Shown in pieces: positions 28,879 to 39,105 of a stretch of DNA of 64,000 nucleotides; the first letter of the stretch is position 1, and every line of letters starts with the position of its first letter. Origin of the DNA: Anaerolineales bacterium (GTDB lineage: Bacteria > Chloroflexota > Anaerolineae > Anaerolineales > Villigracilaceae); contig JABTUU010000001.1 of assembly GCA_015075275.1 (NCBI GenBank), positions 1,031,216-1,095,215 on the forward strand, read 5' to 3'. The notes below the pieces were generated by a model that was not told where the DNA came from, searched no databases, and saw only the letters and a program-made list of their open reading frames with translations. Both the position numbers and the translations under genes were made by a program.

Positions 28879-30030
28879 ATGGATTTCGATCTAACTCAAG
28901 AACAAAAAGCGTGGCAGAAGACCGTCCATGAATTCGTCGCCAAAGAAGTGCGTCCTAAAGCGCGCGAGGTAGACGCCGCCAGCGAGTTCAACTGGGACGC
29001 GACGCGCAAGATGGGTCCGCTTGGATTACTGGGACTCAATATCCCTGAAACTTACGGCGGCGCAGGAGTGGACTCGATCAGCGCGGCGATCGCGCTGGAA
29101 GAACTTGGCTGGGGCTGCGGCTCAACCGCGTTGGCAATTGCCGCACATAACGGGTTAGGCTCAACTCCGATCGTCCTCTACGGGAACGAATCTTTAAAGC
29201 AAACATGGCTTCCGCTTGTATCAAGCGGGAAGAATAAGCTTGCCGCATTGGCGCTCACCGAACCCGGCGCGGGGTCCGACCTACAAGGCGGCGTAACCAC
29301 GAGAGCGGTCAAAGACGGGAATGAGTGGGTCATCAACGGCGCGAAGATGTGGTGCACGAACGCTTCCATTGCGGAGTACATCATCACGCTCGTCCGCACG
29401 GACCCACAAGGCGGCTCGCATTCGTTGAGTCAGATTCTCGCACCGACAAACTCCAAAGGACTCAAGATCGGTCCCGCTGAAAAGAAAATGGGGCTACACG
29501 GCTCTCCTACCCATGCTGTCGCTTATGAAGACGTGCGCGTGCCGCTTGACAACTTAATCGGCGAAGAGGGCAAAGGATTGCAACAAACGCTCGCTACGCT
29601 CGACGGCGGACGCGTTGGAATCGCAGCGATCTCGATCGGCATGGCGCAAGCCGCCTTTGAATACGCGCTCGAGTATGCCCACGAACGTAAAGCTTTCGGA
29701 AAGCCTATCGCCGAACAACAAGCTATTCAGTGGATGTTGGCGGACGCAGCAACCGAAATCGAACTCGCGCGCACCATGCTGTATAAATCCGCATGGCTTA
29801 AAGAGCAAGGGCGATCGTACGGCAAAGAAGCCGCCATGGCTAAGTTATTTGCCACCGAAATGGCTGAGCGTGTTTGCCGCGACGCAATGCAAATTCACGG
29901 CGGTTACGGCTACTCAAGCGAATATCCCGTCGAGCGCATCTATCGCGACGTTCGGCTGATGACAATCGGAGAAGGCACGAGCGAGATTCAGCGCATGGTC
30001 ATCGCAAGGCGCTTACTGGCGGGAGAATAA
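28879..30030 (+). CDS. Acyl-CoA dehydrogenase
   Basis: LALTEPGAGSD, QIHGGYGY and TIGEGTSEIQR motifs. Confidence 0.93.
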   Translation: MDFDLTQEQKAWQKTVHEFVAKEVRPKAREVDAASEFNWDATRKMGPLGLLGLNIPETYGGAGVDSISAAIALEELGWGCGSTALAIAAHNGLGSTPIVLYGNESLKQTWLPLVSSGKNKLAALALTEPGAGSDLQGGVTTRAVKDGNEWVINGAKMWCTNASIAEYIITLVRTDPQGGSHSLSQILAPTNSKGLKIGPAEKKMGLHGSPTHAVAYEDVRVPLDNLIGEEGKGLQQTLATLDGGRVGIAAISIGMAQAAFEYALEYAHERKAFGKPIAEQQAIQWMLADAATEIELARTMLYKSAWLKEQGRSYGKEAAMAKLFATEMAERVCRDAMQIHGGYGYSSEYPVERIYRDVRLMTIGEGTSEIQRMVIARRLLAGE

Positions 30031-30088
30031 ATTCGCGCCCAATATTAAACGATGGAAACTCCGAATAGGCGCAGTCTATAGACTGCGT

Positions 30089-30655
30089 CTATTCATCTAC
30101 CGTGATCAGATCTTCCAAGCGTTCGAACAGTGCGGGACCAATTCCTGAAACGTCCATAATTTCCGTAATATCTAGGAAATCCCCGTTCTCTTCCCTGTAA
30201 TCAATAATTCTTTGCGCTAACGCGGGTCCAATGCCGGGCAACGCATCCAGTTCAAACAAGGATGCTGTATTGATATTAACCAGATCCGCGTTCGACGTAT
30301 TCGCTGCATCAACTTCGTCGGTAGGGATCACCAACGACGCGTCCTCGCCGAATGGTATTTCGATCCGCTCGCCGTCTTCTACGCGGCGCGCCAGATTAAC
30401 TTTCTCTTTATTCGCTTCAGCAAGGAAACCGCCAGCGGCAGAGACGGCGTCTTGCACGCGCGCGCCGCGCGGGAGCGCGTACACTCCAGGGCGCGGCACT
30501 GCGCCGGCGATCTGCACAACGATCGGCGCCTCGGTGGGAACAGGGCGCAACGTCACAGCCTGACCGCTCGGCGCGCGCGCCGACACCCAAATCAACGCGG
30601 CGACGAATAGCCCAAACAGTATTCCCGAAACGATATACAAAATGGATTTAAGCAT
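30089..30655 (-). CDS. comEA: ComEA family DNA-binding protein (SLBB plus HhH)
   Basis: N-terminal TM, GAVPRPGVY, VNINTAS..LPGIGPALAQRII..GIG motifs. Confidence 0.88.
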   Translation of the reverse strand: MLKSILYIVSGILFGLFVAALIWVSARAPSGQAVTLRPVPTEAPIVVQIAGAVPRPGVYALPRGARVQDAVSAAGGFLAEANKEKVNLARRVEDGERIEIPFGEDASLVIPTDEVDAANTSNADLVNINTASLFELDALPGIGPALAQRIIDYREENGDFLDITEIMDVSGIGPALFERLEDLITVDE

Positions 30656-30703
30656 ATGCGCCGCCAGTTATTTTATTGTAACTACTTCGCCTACAGACGA
30701 AAG

Positions 30704-31327
30704 TTAGATCACACCTGCCGCAACGACAATAATAAACGTCGCAATGAACCAATGGATCAGAAACGGATAGAGGAAGGATTTCGTCCTCCAAGCCACCCAG
30801 CCGAAAGCAAAACCGCCGAAGATCGTAGACAGCGTTTCCACTTCGGGTTTGCCATTGTGCATCAGCGCAAAGGGGACCGCCTGCAACCACAACGCTTCCG
30901 CTCCGAATTGCCGGGCGTAGCCGAACAGAATCCAGCCGCGGAAGATAAACTCCCAGCCGAGCAGGTCGAGGAAAGTCGTCCACGGCAAGCCGCTTACATA
31001 GGGTTGATAATACTTACGCATCGTCTCGTCGCCGCTTCCAAGAAAATAAATTACGGGGGTCATTATGAAAACGCCGATGACAACGATGATTAATCCCGCC
31101 TTCCAGTCGCCTATTCCAAATCCGTATTCTTTCGGATTCTCGCGAAAAACGAGCACGATGAAAATCAGCGGTGTGATTAAATAGAGAACGACGCGAAACC
31201 AATGCCCAAGTTGATTAAACAAAAACTGACGGTGATAGAAATCCGCCATGAACAGGAGCGTCGAGACAACCGTTATTGTTACGATCTTCCAGTTAAATTT
31301 GAGGCGTTCGCCGAAGAGATAATTCAT
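30704..31327 (-). CDS. CPBP family intramembrane glutamic endopeptidase (CAAX/Abi)
   Basis: WEFIFRG, FALMH and PFLIH motifs in a multi-TM protein. Confidence 0.85.
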   Translation of the reverse strand: MNYLFGERLKFNWKIVTITVVSTLLFMADFYHRQFLFNQLGHWFRVVLYLITPLIFIVLVFRENPKEYGFGIGDWKAGLIIVVIGVFIMTPVIYFLGSGDETMRKYYQPYVSGLPWTTFLDLLGWEFIFRGWILFGYARQFGAEALWLQAVPFALMHNGKPEVETLSTIFGGFAFGWVAWRTKSFLYPFLIHWFIATFIIVVAAGVI

Positions 31328-31336
31328 AGTGGACGA

Positions 31337-32815
31337 TCAGTAGGGGAAATAAGATTGATTTCCATTCGGACCTAGCAATTGTATAATTTTATCCCAATCG
31401 CGGATGAGTTCGCTCCCCCAGTTGGCTGCTAGAAAAACAGCGCAAAGAATTGAAAGGATTATAAGAATTTTTCCCGATCTCGCTTCGTTCCAACGATCAG
31501 ACAACGCCTTGAAACCGTTCGTCCAGAATAGAGCCGATAAAATAGCGAAGTATGGGACAAGCGCAAGATGGAAACGATCTTCCGCGAGAATGAATATATG
31601 AGGGAAGATGTAAAGAACAAACAATAGAGCCAACAGGCAAGTTCGCAAATTCCAACGGAGGAGCGACAGCCCCAGCGCGGCAGAGATGGAAATGATCACA
31701 AACGGCAAAAGCAAAATCGCAACGATCGTCAATAAGAGCGGAAGAGGGATAAAACCAAGAAGATCGTTACCGTAAAAATATGCCAACGCTCGCTTTTCTA
31801 ATCCAAAGAAGAAACCAAGCCGACTGACTGCCAACGGAATAAACCTTTCAGGTTGCGCTTTTATAAATTCAATCGCTTTCTCTGTTCCGACTTTATTGCG
31901 TTCGGCGTCATCAAGGATGGGAAGCAAATCCAGCGAGGGCCCGAACACAAACGAACCGTTGCCTTGCGGATGATAGCCGAGATACAAGTTGTATCCCATC
32001 GAAGTCTCAATTCCCGTCAATTTGCCGTGCAAAAGCGAATTACGAACGATCCATGGAGCGACGAGGAAGAAAAAAGCCAAGGCTGCTAAGATGGCTCGTC
32101 TGCCATGCGCATAAATTAGCAGGCAAAAAACGGCAAGAGCAAATACGAGAACAACCGAGCGCGTAAGGACAACAAGGGCAAGGAAGATTCCAGAGAGCAG
32201 AAAATGAAGAACAGAAGGATCTTCTAAAGAAGAAAGCAGCAGGAGGAAGGAGGCGAGTAGAAGGATAAAGAATAGATTCTCGGTTCCTAACCCAAGCGGA
32301 TAGACGAGTAGAAGAGGATAAGCGGCGATAAGCCAAGCGGAAATCCTCGCTGTTTTCTCCGCCGCCTTTTCTCTTTCGTCTTTTGCTTCAAAATAGAAAG
32401 AGGAGAGGAGGAAGAGTTTCTTCGCCGTCCAATACGTCAGCGGAGCAAGCGGCGCGCCTAAAAGAATCGCCTGCGCCAAACGAGCAGCGAAGAAACGCGA
32501 AGCGTCAATTCCATTGATAAAGTAAACAATTGCAAGAAAGGCGGGATACAACGGCGCACGAAACGAGGTGCGAATGCCGAGGATGGGATCATATTCTCGA
32601 GCGGTGGACAGGTCGAAGTTCACGAAAGGCGCGAGTTGAGCCAGATCCGCTTCGGCGTACCAGCGAAATCCATGCCCTTGTGCGAGGCTGCGCGCAAGCA
32701 TGTCATACTGAAACATGTCGTCGAGCCCAATGCCCAACCCGTGCGCGGCGAAGACAGGAAAAATTCGCAAGATGAGGGCGATAAGATAGATTTTGAATGC
32801 GAAGGATTTAAACAT
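31337..32815 (-). CDS. GT-C fold (ArnT/PMT/GT39-like) membrane glycosyltransferase
   Basis: DD after TM1, FRAPLYPAFLA, LTRS and PWIVRN motifs; multi-TM. Confidence 0.72.
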   Translation of the reverse strand: MFKSFAFKIYLIALILRIFPVFAAHGLGIGLDDMFQYDMLARSLAQGHGFRWYAEADLAQLAPFVNFDLSTAREYDPILGIRTSFRAPLYPAFLAIVYFINGIDASRFFAARLAQAILLGAPLAPLTYWTAKKLFLLSSFYFEAKDEREKAAEKTARISAWLIAAYPLLLVYPLGLGTENLFFILLLASFLLLLSSLEDPSVLHFLLSGIFLALVVLTRSVVLVFALAVFCLLIYAHGRRAILAALAFFFLVAPWIVRNSLLHGKLTGIETSMGYNLYLGYHPQGNGSFVFGPSLDLLPILDDAERNKVGTEKAIEFIKAQPERFIPLAVSRLGFFFGLEKRALAYFYGNDLLGFIPLPLLLTIVAILLLPFVIISISAALGLSLLRWNLRTCLLALLFVLYIFPHIFILAEDRFHLALVPYFAILSALFWTNGFKALSDRWNEARSGKILIILSILCAVFLAANWGSELIRDWDKIIQLLGPNGNQSYFPY

Positions 32816-32854
32816 AAACGGGTTGCGCAATTGTACCGCGCAACCCATTCTATA

Positions 32855-33382
32855 CTAAGCGGCGACCGCTTTTAATTTGAGCGCTTCGATGCGCCGCGCG
32901 AGATACGGCATATAATAGCCGCGATATTTTTCCCATAGTTCAGGGATGGACCAATCCGTTCCTTTCACAACCCCGCGACAGTTTGCGTCGCCGCAGCGAC
33001 ACATAAATTCATCATAGTCTGAGCCGTCGCACATGGCGTAATCAAAATTGAGTTCTTCGCCCGCGCGGATGTCGCGCATAGCGACCAAGCCGATCTGCCC
33101 GGTGAAACCTACATTCGGCTCGCACGAATGATTGAAGCAATCGGTCGGTTCGAGCGGAAGCGGCGCTTCAAGATAGAAACCCTCTTCGATTTGAAGAATA
33201 CGTTGCGTGAACGATTCCATCGTCGGGTCGAGTTCGGCTTCCGCGACAATGCGCCCGCCCCACAAGCAGACTAATTCGCCTTTCTTGATCGGCTCGCGAG
33301 CAAACACGCCGCGTCCGCCTTTCTCTTCGAACGCACCTGAGTCGCATTTGGGGTTGAGATAAGAATAAAATTGTCCGGTCAT
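32855..33382 (-). CDS. SET-domain lysine methyltransferase with post-SET
   Basis: GRGVFA, FNHSCEPN, ELNFDY and post-SET CRCGDANCRG motifs. Confidence 0.92.
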   Translation of the reverse strand: MTGQFYSYLNPKCDSGAFEEKGGRGVFAREPIKKGELVCLWGGRIVAEAELDPTMESFTQRILQIEEGFYLEAPLPLEPTDCFNHSCEPNVGFTGQIGLVAMRDIRAGEELNFDYAMCDGSDYDEFMCRCGDANCRGVVKGTDWSIPELWEKYRGYYMPYLARRIEALKLKAVAA

Positions 33383-33758
33383 TCTTTCCTTTCGTAACTA
33401 GAGGGCGTTTTGCCCAAGATAATGCTTTGACGCCGCGCGCCAAAGAAACAAAAACAGCCAAAGCACAACAGCTCCAAACCACTGTGTTGACTGCGATTGC
33501 CTTAAGCAGTCCCGCCGCCTCACCAATGGAAATCGGAGGGCGGCGGAAGCCAGATTTTATTCGTGGCGTAAGTTATAGAATTGGCACAAGTATCTCTTCA
33601 TTCACACTCGTGCGAGTCGTTAGAATGTCAACGCTCCTTTTAGAATATCGGCGCAATTTTAATAGAGATTGGCGTATTGTCAATATTTTTAAGAAGGGAA
33701 TTTCGCTGGATTCAAAATCACTTCACGCTTACCGAGAAATCAATTTGCCCACGCAGAC

Positions 33759-34583
33759 TTAGCCCGACGAAGCCAGCGTAACTACCGAGCGGAAAGCGCG
33801 ATAGGCGGCGTCCATCGTTTGCCCAATCCATGAGACGCGAGTCTCTTCGCGTTGCGAGCCAGGCATCAACGCAGCGCGATCCGCCATATCAGAAGTGAAG
33901 AATTCGACCGCGACGCAAATTGGCTTCTTCAACGCGAACGGCTTCGGCGCATCGCCGTTCTTTAGCCGCGTCGTCGCTCGCATCGCGGCGGCAGAGATTA
34001 ACTCGCGAGTCGTTTCCGGGGATAGACACTCCGCGGCATAACGCCCTGTCGCCTGCTTGACGATCGCGCACTCCATGGCGCCGAGCAAGTCCGTCACTTC
34101 CGCGCACGCCGTCTGGTCGCCGCTGGCCATAACGACCGGTGCGTTAAAATGACCGGCAAGCGCGGCGTTCAAGCCGTATTCGCCAGTAAGAGCGCCGTTC
34201 AACCAAACGTTCGCAACCGTCTTTGACGACCATGTATGATCGAGTATCGCACTTTGCGAGCCGTTGCGTGCGTGATAGCCGATGAAGAAAACGCCGTTCA
34301 CGCTTTCGTCAATGCCTTGCATCATCGAAAATGGAGAGGGCGAGCCGCTGTTCAATCTCGCACGCGGATCAAGTTCTTCGATGAGAATATTCGATCCGTT
34401 CCAATGTCCGTCGGCAACGATGGCTTCGTCCGCTCCCGCGTTAAACGCGCCGCAAATGGCGGCATTAACATCTTGCGTCATCAGTCGTCGAAAGCGCGCG
34501 TATTCGGCGTGCCCCGGCGTAACGTGATCCCATGTAGTAACGCCGGTGATTCCTTCCATGTCTGTTGCAACGAGAATTTTCAT
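33759..34583 (-). CDS. M55 family D-aminopeptidase (DppA-like)
   Basis: ATDMEG, DGHW, GYHA and LDHT motifs. Confidence 0.9.
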   Translation of the reverse strand: MKILVATDMEGITGVTTWDHVTPGHAEYARFRRLMTQDVNAAICGAFNAGADEAIVADGHWNGSNILIEELDPRARLNSGSPSPFSMMQGIDESVNGVFFIGYHARNGSQSAILDHTWSSKTVANVWLNGALTGEYGLNAALAGHFNAPVVMASGDQTACAEVTDLLGAMECAIVKQATGRYAAECLSPETTRELISAAAMRATTRLKNGDAPKPFALKKPICVAVEFFTSDMADRAALMPGSQREETRVSWIGQTMDAAYRAFRSVVTLASSG

Positions 34584-35476
34584 AGAGTCTCCTGTTTCAG
34601 AATGACGCGCGCGACCAACTTTCCAATAATTGGATAGCGATAATCGTCGCCTTTGAGCGTGCGATAACCCGCCCATTGCCCCATAATATGAAAGAGCGGA
34701 ATAACGAGAAACATCAATAGCGCGGCAGCCATCGCCCCAAACGCGACGATAACTCCAATCAGCCCCGCTGAAGAGTTCGTCGATTCGCCGCTAAAGCCTG
34801 TAAGGCCGATAAAAGCGACAAACCCAACAAGGTAGAGCGCGCCTGCAGCGAATCCAAATAAAAGCGTGAAAGCATGAAGCGCTATCGCTTGCGCGGATTG
34901 AAATTTTAGCCATGCGCTGCGCCTGCCTTGTAAAATCCATGCGGCAACCGGAGCGAACAGCCCCCAAAAAGCGATAATTACGCTAAAGTGTCCAGCCGCC
35001 GCGACCCAGCGATCTTCACGGTCTTCGTTCAAACTGTCCTCGCTCACAGGGTCATAATTAAGGTATTTGGCAAGACGCTTCCCCATAAACGGATAGTAAA
35101 AATCTTTGCCAAGCGCGCAAGCGATCGCGGCAATGACAGGAGGGATGAAATACAGACCCGCAATCATGAAGACAAGGCTGAAATGGCCGATCATCCAGCC
35201 GTTCAACACAGCTTCCGAATTCTGAACGCTTTCAATGTTGAACAGCAAGAAAAATATACTGGCGCTCCCCACGAGCAAGCCGACCAAAATCCAGACCGTG
35301 TATCCCAGCGATTGATAGCCTAATGCTTGCAGCGATTGAAATACGGCGTATTTCGATTTGCCTCTTTGTTCCGCCCAGCCGATCACGGGCAAGATTAATC
35401 CCATGCCCATGCCCAGCGCAGAAAGATGCGTCAACACAGCCCAGATGCGTTCTTCAGAGGTTCGAGTTTGATTCAT
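34580..35476 (-). CDS. Tandem DUF4870-like membrane protein
   Basis: Two repeats of EERIWAVLTHL / EDRWVAAAGHF..FQS.QA..FYYP/YRYP. Confidence 0.75.
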   Translation of the reverse strand: MNQTRTSEERIWAVLTHLSALGMGMGLILPVIGWAEQRGKSKYAVFQSLQALGYQSLGYTVWILVGLLVGSASIFFLLFNIESVQNSEAVLNGWMIGHFSLVFMIAGLYFIPPVIAAIACALGKDFYYPFMGKRLAKYLNYDPVSEDSLNEDREDRWVAAAGHFSVIIAFWGLFAPVAAWILQGRRSAWLKFQSAQAIALHAFTLLFGFAAGALYLVGFVAFIGLTGFSGESTNSSAGLIGVIVAFGAMAAALLMFLVIPLFHIMGQWAGYRTLKGDDYRYPIIGKLVARVILKQETL

Positions 35477-35679
35477 AACAATATCTAGCGGTTAATCTCG
35501 CTGATTACTCCCAATGCGCCAAAACTGATCTAACGGCACGCTAACCCGTAATGATAGAAAATAAAGCGATGCCGTAATACTTAACGCTAAATGAAGATCT
35601 TCGCAAGCGGATCTGTGCTTTGAATTTGCTTTTCGGCTATTGAATGAGTCGTCATGGGTGCGCTCCAAAAGCGAGGCTT

Positions 35680-36645
35680 TTATTCATCAAATAAAATCGG
35701 ACTTTGACGTTGACGGTTGACGCGTAATTGTAATACATCCGGGCGACTGTAATGTCCCGAAGGATCGAAGTTCTGGCGTTCTTCGCGCACGCGGCGATGA
35801 TTGATTTCCGCCACAATTAATTTTTCTTCTCCTATCAACGGTTCAACGATCCATTGTCCGTTGGGTCCCGCAATGCAAGAGCCGCCGTTGGCAAGAAAAC
35901 CTTCGCTATTTTCGAGGATGGCTGAAAGGTGCGGCGTGTCTTTTGGGAAATCGCTAGGGCGCATCAGACCAGAAACGGATAGCACATACGAGCGCGATTC
36001 CAGCGCCACAAAACGAGTATTATCTCGCGTGTTATGCGCGCCGCCGGGCCAGAGCGACACGTGTAAATCTTCTCCCATGCCGTACAGCGCTGCTCGCGCC
36101 AACGGCATCCAATTTTCCCAACAGTTGAGCGCGCCAACCGTAAAAGCCCCCAATGAATACACCCTCAATCCATGCCCGTCGCCCGGCGACCACGTCAGCC
36201 GTTCTTCGTAAGTGGGCATCAACTTGCGGTGCACCGATTGGATCGCGCCGTTTGAATCAATATATACCAGACTCGCATACAGACTATGACCGCCGCGATC
36301 CAGCGGACGCTCAATGCAACCTAAAATAACGGCGACGCCAAATTCTTTTGCCGCCGAGCAAAGCGGGTCGAGATGCCCCGCTTCGATTTGCACGGCTTGA
36401 TCCATGTAATGCGCGTGAATTTCTTTTTGTATGGGCGAGTTGAACGTCGCGCCGTTCGTTCTTTCAATCCAAAAGGGATAACCTGGAAGCAAGCCTTCGC
36501 CAAACGCGACGAGATGGCATCCCGCCTCGCCCGCCGCCCGAACTTGATCCAATATCTTTGACAGAGTCCCCGTCCGATTCAGCCAAACGGGAGCGATTTG
36601 CGCAAGCCCAACTACGAGCGAGTCTTTCAGATAAGAACGAGTCAT
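35680..36645 (-). CDS. Nitrilase (carbon-nitrogen hydrolase family)
   Basis: Catalytic Glu (FGEGLLPGYP), Lys (HRKLMPT) and Cys (LNCWENW); DPSGHYSRPD motif. Confidence 0.9.
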   Translation of the reverse strand: MTRSYLKDSLVVGLAQIAPVWLNRTGTLSKILDQVRAAGEAGCHLVAFGEGLLPGYPFWIERTNGATFNSPIQKEIHAHYMDQAVQIEAGHLDPLCSAAKEFGVAVILGCIERPLDRGGHSLYASLVYIDSNGAIQSVHRKLMPTYEERLTWSPGDGHGLRVYSLGAFTVGALNCWENWMPLARAALYGMGEDLHVSLWPGGAHNTRDNTRFVALESRSYVLSVSGLMRPSDFPKDTPHLSAILENSEGFLANGGSCIAGPNGQWIVEPLIGEEKLIVAEINHRRVREERQNFDPSGHYSRPDVLQLRVNRQRQSPILFDE

Positions 36646-36807
36646 AGTCTATTCCTCATGCCGTCTTAAGCGGCGTTCAGTTTGTCTATTCTTCTTAGAC
36701 CGGACGCGTCTTGTAGAAGCCGGTATAACGGCATTCTATCAGAACGTCGTCGTTATCTGCCGCATCGTAAAGGGTATAATCGAAGCAATTCATTTCTTGG
36801 AGGCTTC

Positions 36808-37977
36808 ATGACCGACCTTGCCCTGTATTCGCTCAGCGATGAGCATAAGATGATTCAAAACGCAGCCCGCGATTTTGCTCAAAAAGAAATTCTCTCCATC
36901 GCCGCGGAGTTCGACGAAAGCGAGGAGTTCCCCTACGATACGATCAAAAAAATGGGAGAACTTGGATTCATGGGGCTGGAAATTCCCGAACAATACGGCG
37001 GCGCGGGCATGGACACGCTTGCTTACGTTCTTGCCCTCGAAGAGATCTGCAAAGCGGATGCGTCGCACGGCGTCATTATGTCGGTCAACAATTCGTTATA
37101 CTGTCACGGCATCATGAAGTTCGGCACGGAGGAACAGAAGAAAAAATTTGTGACTCCCATCGCATCGGGCAAAGCCATCGGCGCGTATTCGCTCACCGAA
37201 CCCCAAAGCGGATCGGATGCGGGGACGATGAAATCGCGCGCGGTTCTCGACGGCGACCATTTCATCTTGAACGGGCGCAAGTCGTGGGTCACGAGCGGGC
37301 CGGTGGCGGAGTATTTCGTCGTGTTCATGATGACCGACCCCGCGAAGAAACAAAAAGGCGTGAGCGCGTTTTTAGTGGAAGGCAACACGCCCGGACTGAT
37401 ACGCGGAAAGAAGGAACCGAAACTCGGCATCCGCGCCTCGGCGACGAGCGAATTAATTTTTGAAGATTGCCGCGTCCCTACTGAGAACTTGTTGGGCAAA
37501 GAAGGCGAGGGATTCAAGATCGCCATGACCGTGCTGGACGCCGGCCGCATCGGGATCGCGACACAAGCGTTGGGGATTGCAGAAGCGGCTTACGAAGCGG
37601 CGCGCAGGTATGCGGTCGAGAGAGAAGCGTTCGGTCAGCCTATCGGTCAATTCCAAGGGACTGGATTCAAGATCGCCGACATGAAAACGCGCATCGAAGC
37701 GTCGCGCTTGTTGATCTACAATGCGGCGCTGGCGAAAGAAAAATCTAAAAAGGACGGCGGGCGCTATTCGCTCGAAGCCTCGATGGCAAAATTATTCGCA
37801 TCCGAAACCGCGATGTATGTGACGCATCAAGCCGTGCAAATTCACGGCGGCATGGGCTACAGTAAAGAGTTACCCGTCGAACGATATTTTCGCGACGCGA
37901 AGATCACCGAAATCTACGAAGGCACGAGCGAGATTCAACGACATGTGATCTCGCGCAGCGAGCTGGGATTCAAGTAA
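36808..37977 (+). CDS. Acyl-CoA dehydrogenase (short-chain type)
   Basis: YSLTEPQSGSD, QIHGGMGY and EIYEGTSEIQR motifs; ggagg RBS. Confidence 0.93.
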   Translation: MTDLALYSLSDEHKMIQNAARDFAQKEILSIAAEFDESEEFPYDTIKKMGELGFMGLEIPEQYGGAGMDTLAYVLALEEICKADASHGVIMSVNNSLYCHGIMKFGTEEQKKKFVTPIASGKAIGAYSLTEPQSGSDAGTMKSRAVLDGDHFILNGRKSWVTSGPVAEYFVVFMMTDPAKKQKGVSAFLVEGNTPGLIRGKKEPKLGIRASATSELIFEDCRVPTENLLGKEGEGFKIAMTVLDAGRIGIATQALGIAEAAYEAARRYAVEREAFGQPIGQFQGTGFKIADMKTRIEASRLLIYNAALAKEKSKKDGGRYSLEASMAKLFASETAMYVTHQAVQIHGGMGYSKELPVERYFRDAKITEIYEGTSEIQRHVISRSELGFK

Positions 37978-37982
37978 ACGCG

Positions 37983-39017
37983 ATGAAGGCTGTCCTGTTT
38001 CATCAGCACGGGGGACCTGAAGTTTTAGAATATGCCGATTTTCTTACGCCCGAGCCGAAACCCGGCGAAGCGCTGATCCGCCTGCGCGCCGCGGCGCTCA
38101 ACCGCATGGATGTAATGGTGCGCAACGGCTGGGCTGGACTCAAGCTCGAACTTCCTCACATCAACGGCGCGGATGGCGCGGGGGTAGTACAAGAGATTAG
38201 AGGAGTAGAGAATAGAGAATTAGAGACTGGGGATTCAGTCGTCATCAACGCTAATCTAGGATGCGGACAATGCGAGTTCTGTTTAGCCGGCAAAGACAAC
38301 CTGTGTTTGAATTGGCATCTGCTCGGCGAGACGGTTCGCGGCACATATGCGGAATTTGTGTGTGTCCCCATAAAGCAACTTCACAAACTCCCGAAGGATT
38401 TTGATTTTCATCACGCCGCCGCGTCCGCGTTAGTCTATCAAACCGCATGGCATTCGCTAGTCGCGCGCGGAAAAATTCAAGGCGGCGAAACGGTTCTCGT
38501 CGTTGGCGCAGGAGGCGGAGTAAACACTGCGAGTATCCAGATCGCAAAATATCTCGGAGCGCGAGTCATTGTCGTCGGATCGAACTCGAAGAAATTGGAG
38601 ATGGCAGAATCCATCGGCGCGGACGTGTTGATTGACCGCTCCAAAGAAGAAGATTGGTCGAAGGCGGTTTACCTTGCCACGAACAAACGCGGCGTGGATG
38701 CCGTTGTAGATAACGTCGGCACAACACTCATGCTGAGTCTACGCGCGTTGCGCAAAGGCGGCAGGCTTCTCACTGTCGGCAACAGCGGCTCACCCAAATT
38801 TGAAATTGACAACCGCTACATGTTCGCCAAGCACTTGAGCATCCTCGGCTCGACAATGAGCACGATTGCCGAGTTCAACGAAGTGATGGATCTGATCGTC
38901 GCGGGAAAACTCAAGCCCGTAATGGACAAAACCTTTCCACTTAAAGACGCCGCCCTCGCGCAAGAGCGACTATGGAAACACGAAAACTTCGGCAAAATTA
39001 CATTAGACATCCCATGA
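37983..39017 (+). CDS. Zinc-binding MDR-family dehydrogenase
   Basis: GADGAG, structural zinc CGQCEFC..C and VVGAGGGV motifs. Confidence 0.9.
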   Translation: MKAVLFHQHGGPEVLEYADFLTPEPKPGEALIRLRAAALNRMDVMVRNGWAGLKLELPHINGADGAGVVQEIRGVENRELETGDSVVINANLGCGQCEFCLAGKDNLCLNWHLLGETVRGTYAEFVCVPIKQLHKLPKDFDFHHAAASALVYQTAWHSLVARGKIQGGETVLVVGAGGGVNTASIQIAKYLGARVIVVGSNSKKLEMAESIGADVLIDRSKEEDWSKAVYLATNKRGVDAVVDNVGTTLMLSLRALRKGGRLLTVGNSGSPKFEIDNRYMFAKHLSILGSTMSTIAEFNEVMDLIVAGKLKPVMDKTFPLKDAALAQERLWKHENFGKITLDIP

Positions 39018-39105
39018 CTCCACCTTTACAGAATCCCTTCGTGTCATTTCCGCTTCGCTCAATGCAAGCCTTCGCGTTTAAAAAATCTTTCAGCGAACTC
39101 CGATA

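Noticed and set aside
33168-33482. 104-aa minus-strand ORF MVWSCCALAV...
   Set aside because: It overlaps the SET gene out of frame, has a GTG start with no RBS and shows no recognisable domain.
35480-35675. Possible small membrane peptide between nitrilase and DUF4870 genes
   Set aside because: The ATG-started frame stops after 22 codons and the hydrophobic frame has no start; support is insufficient.
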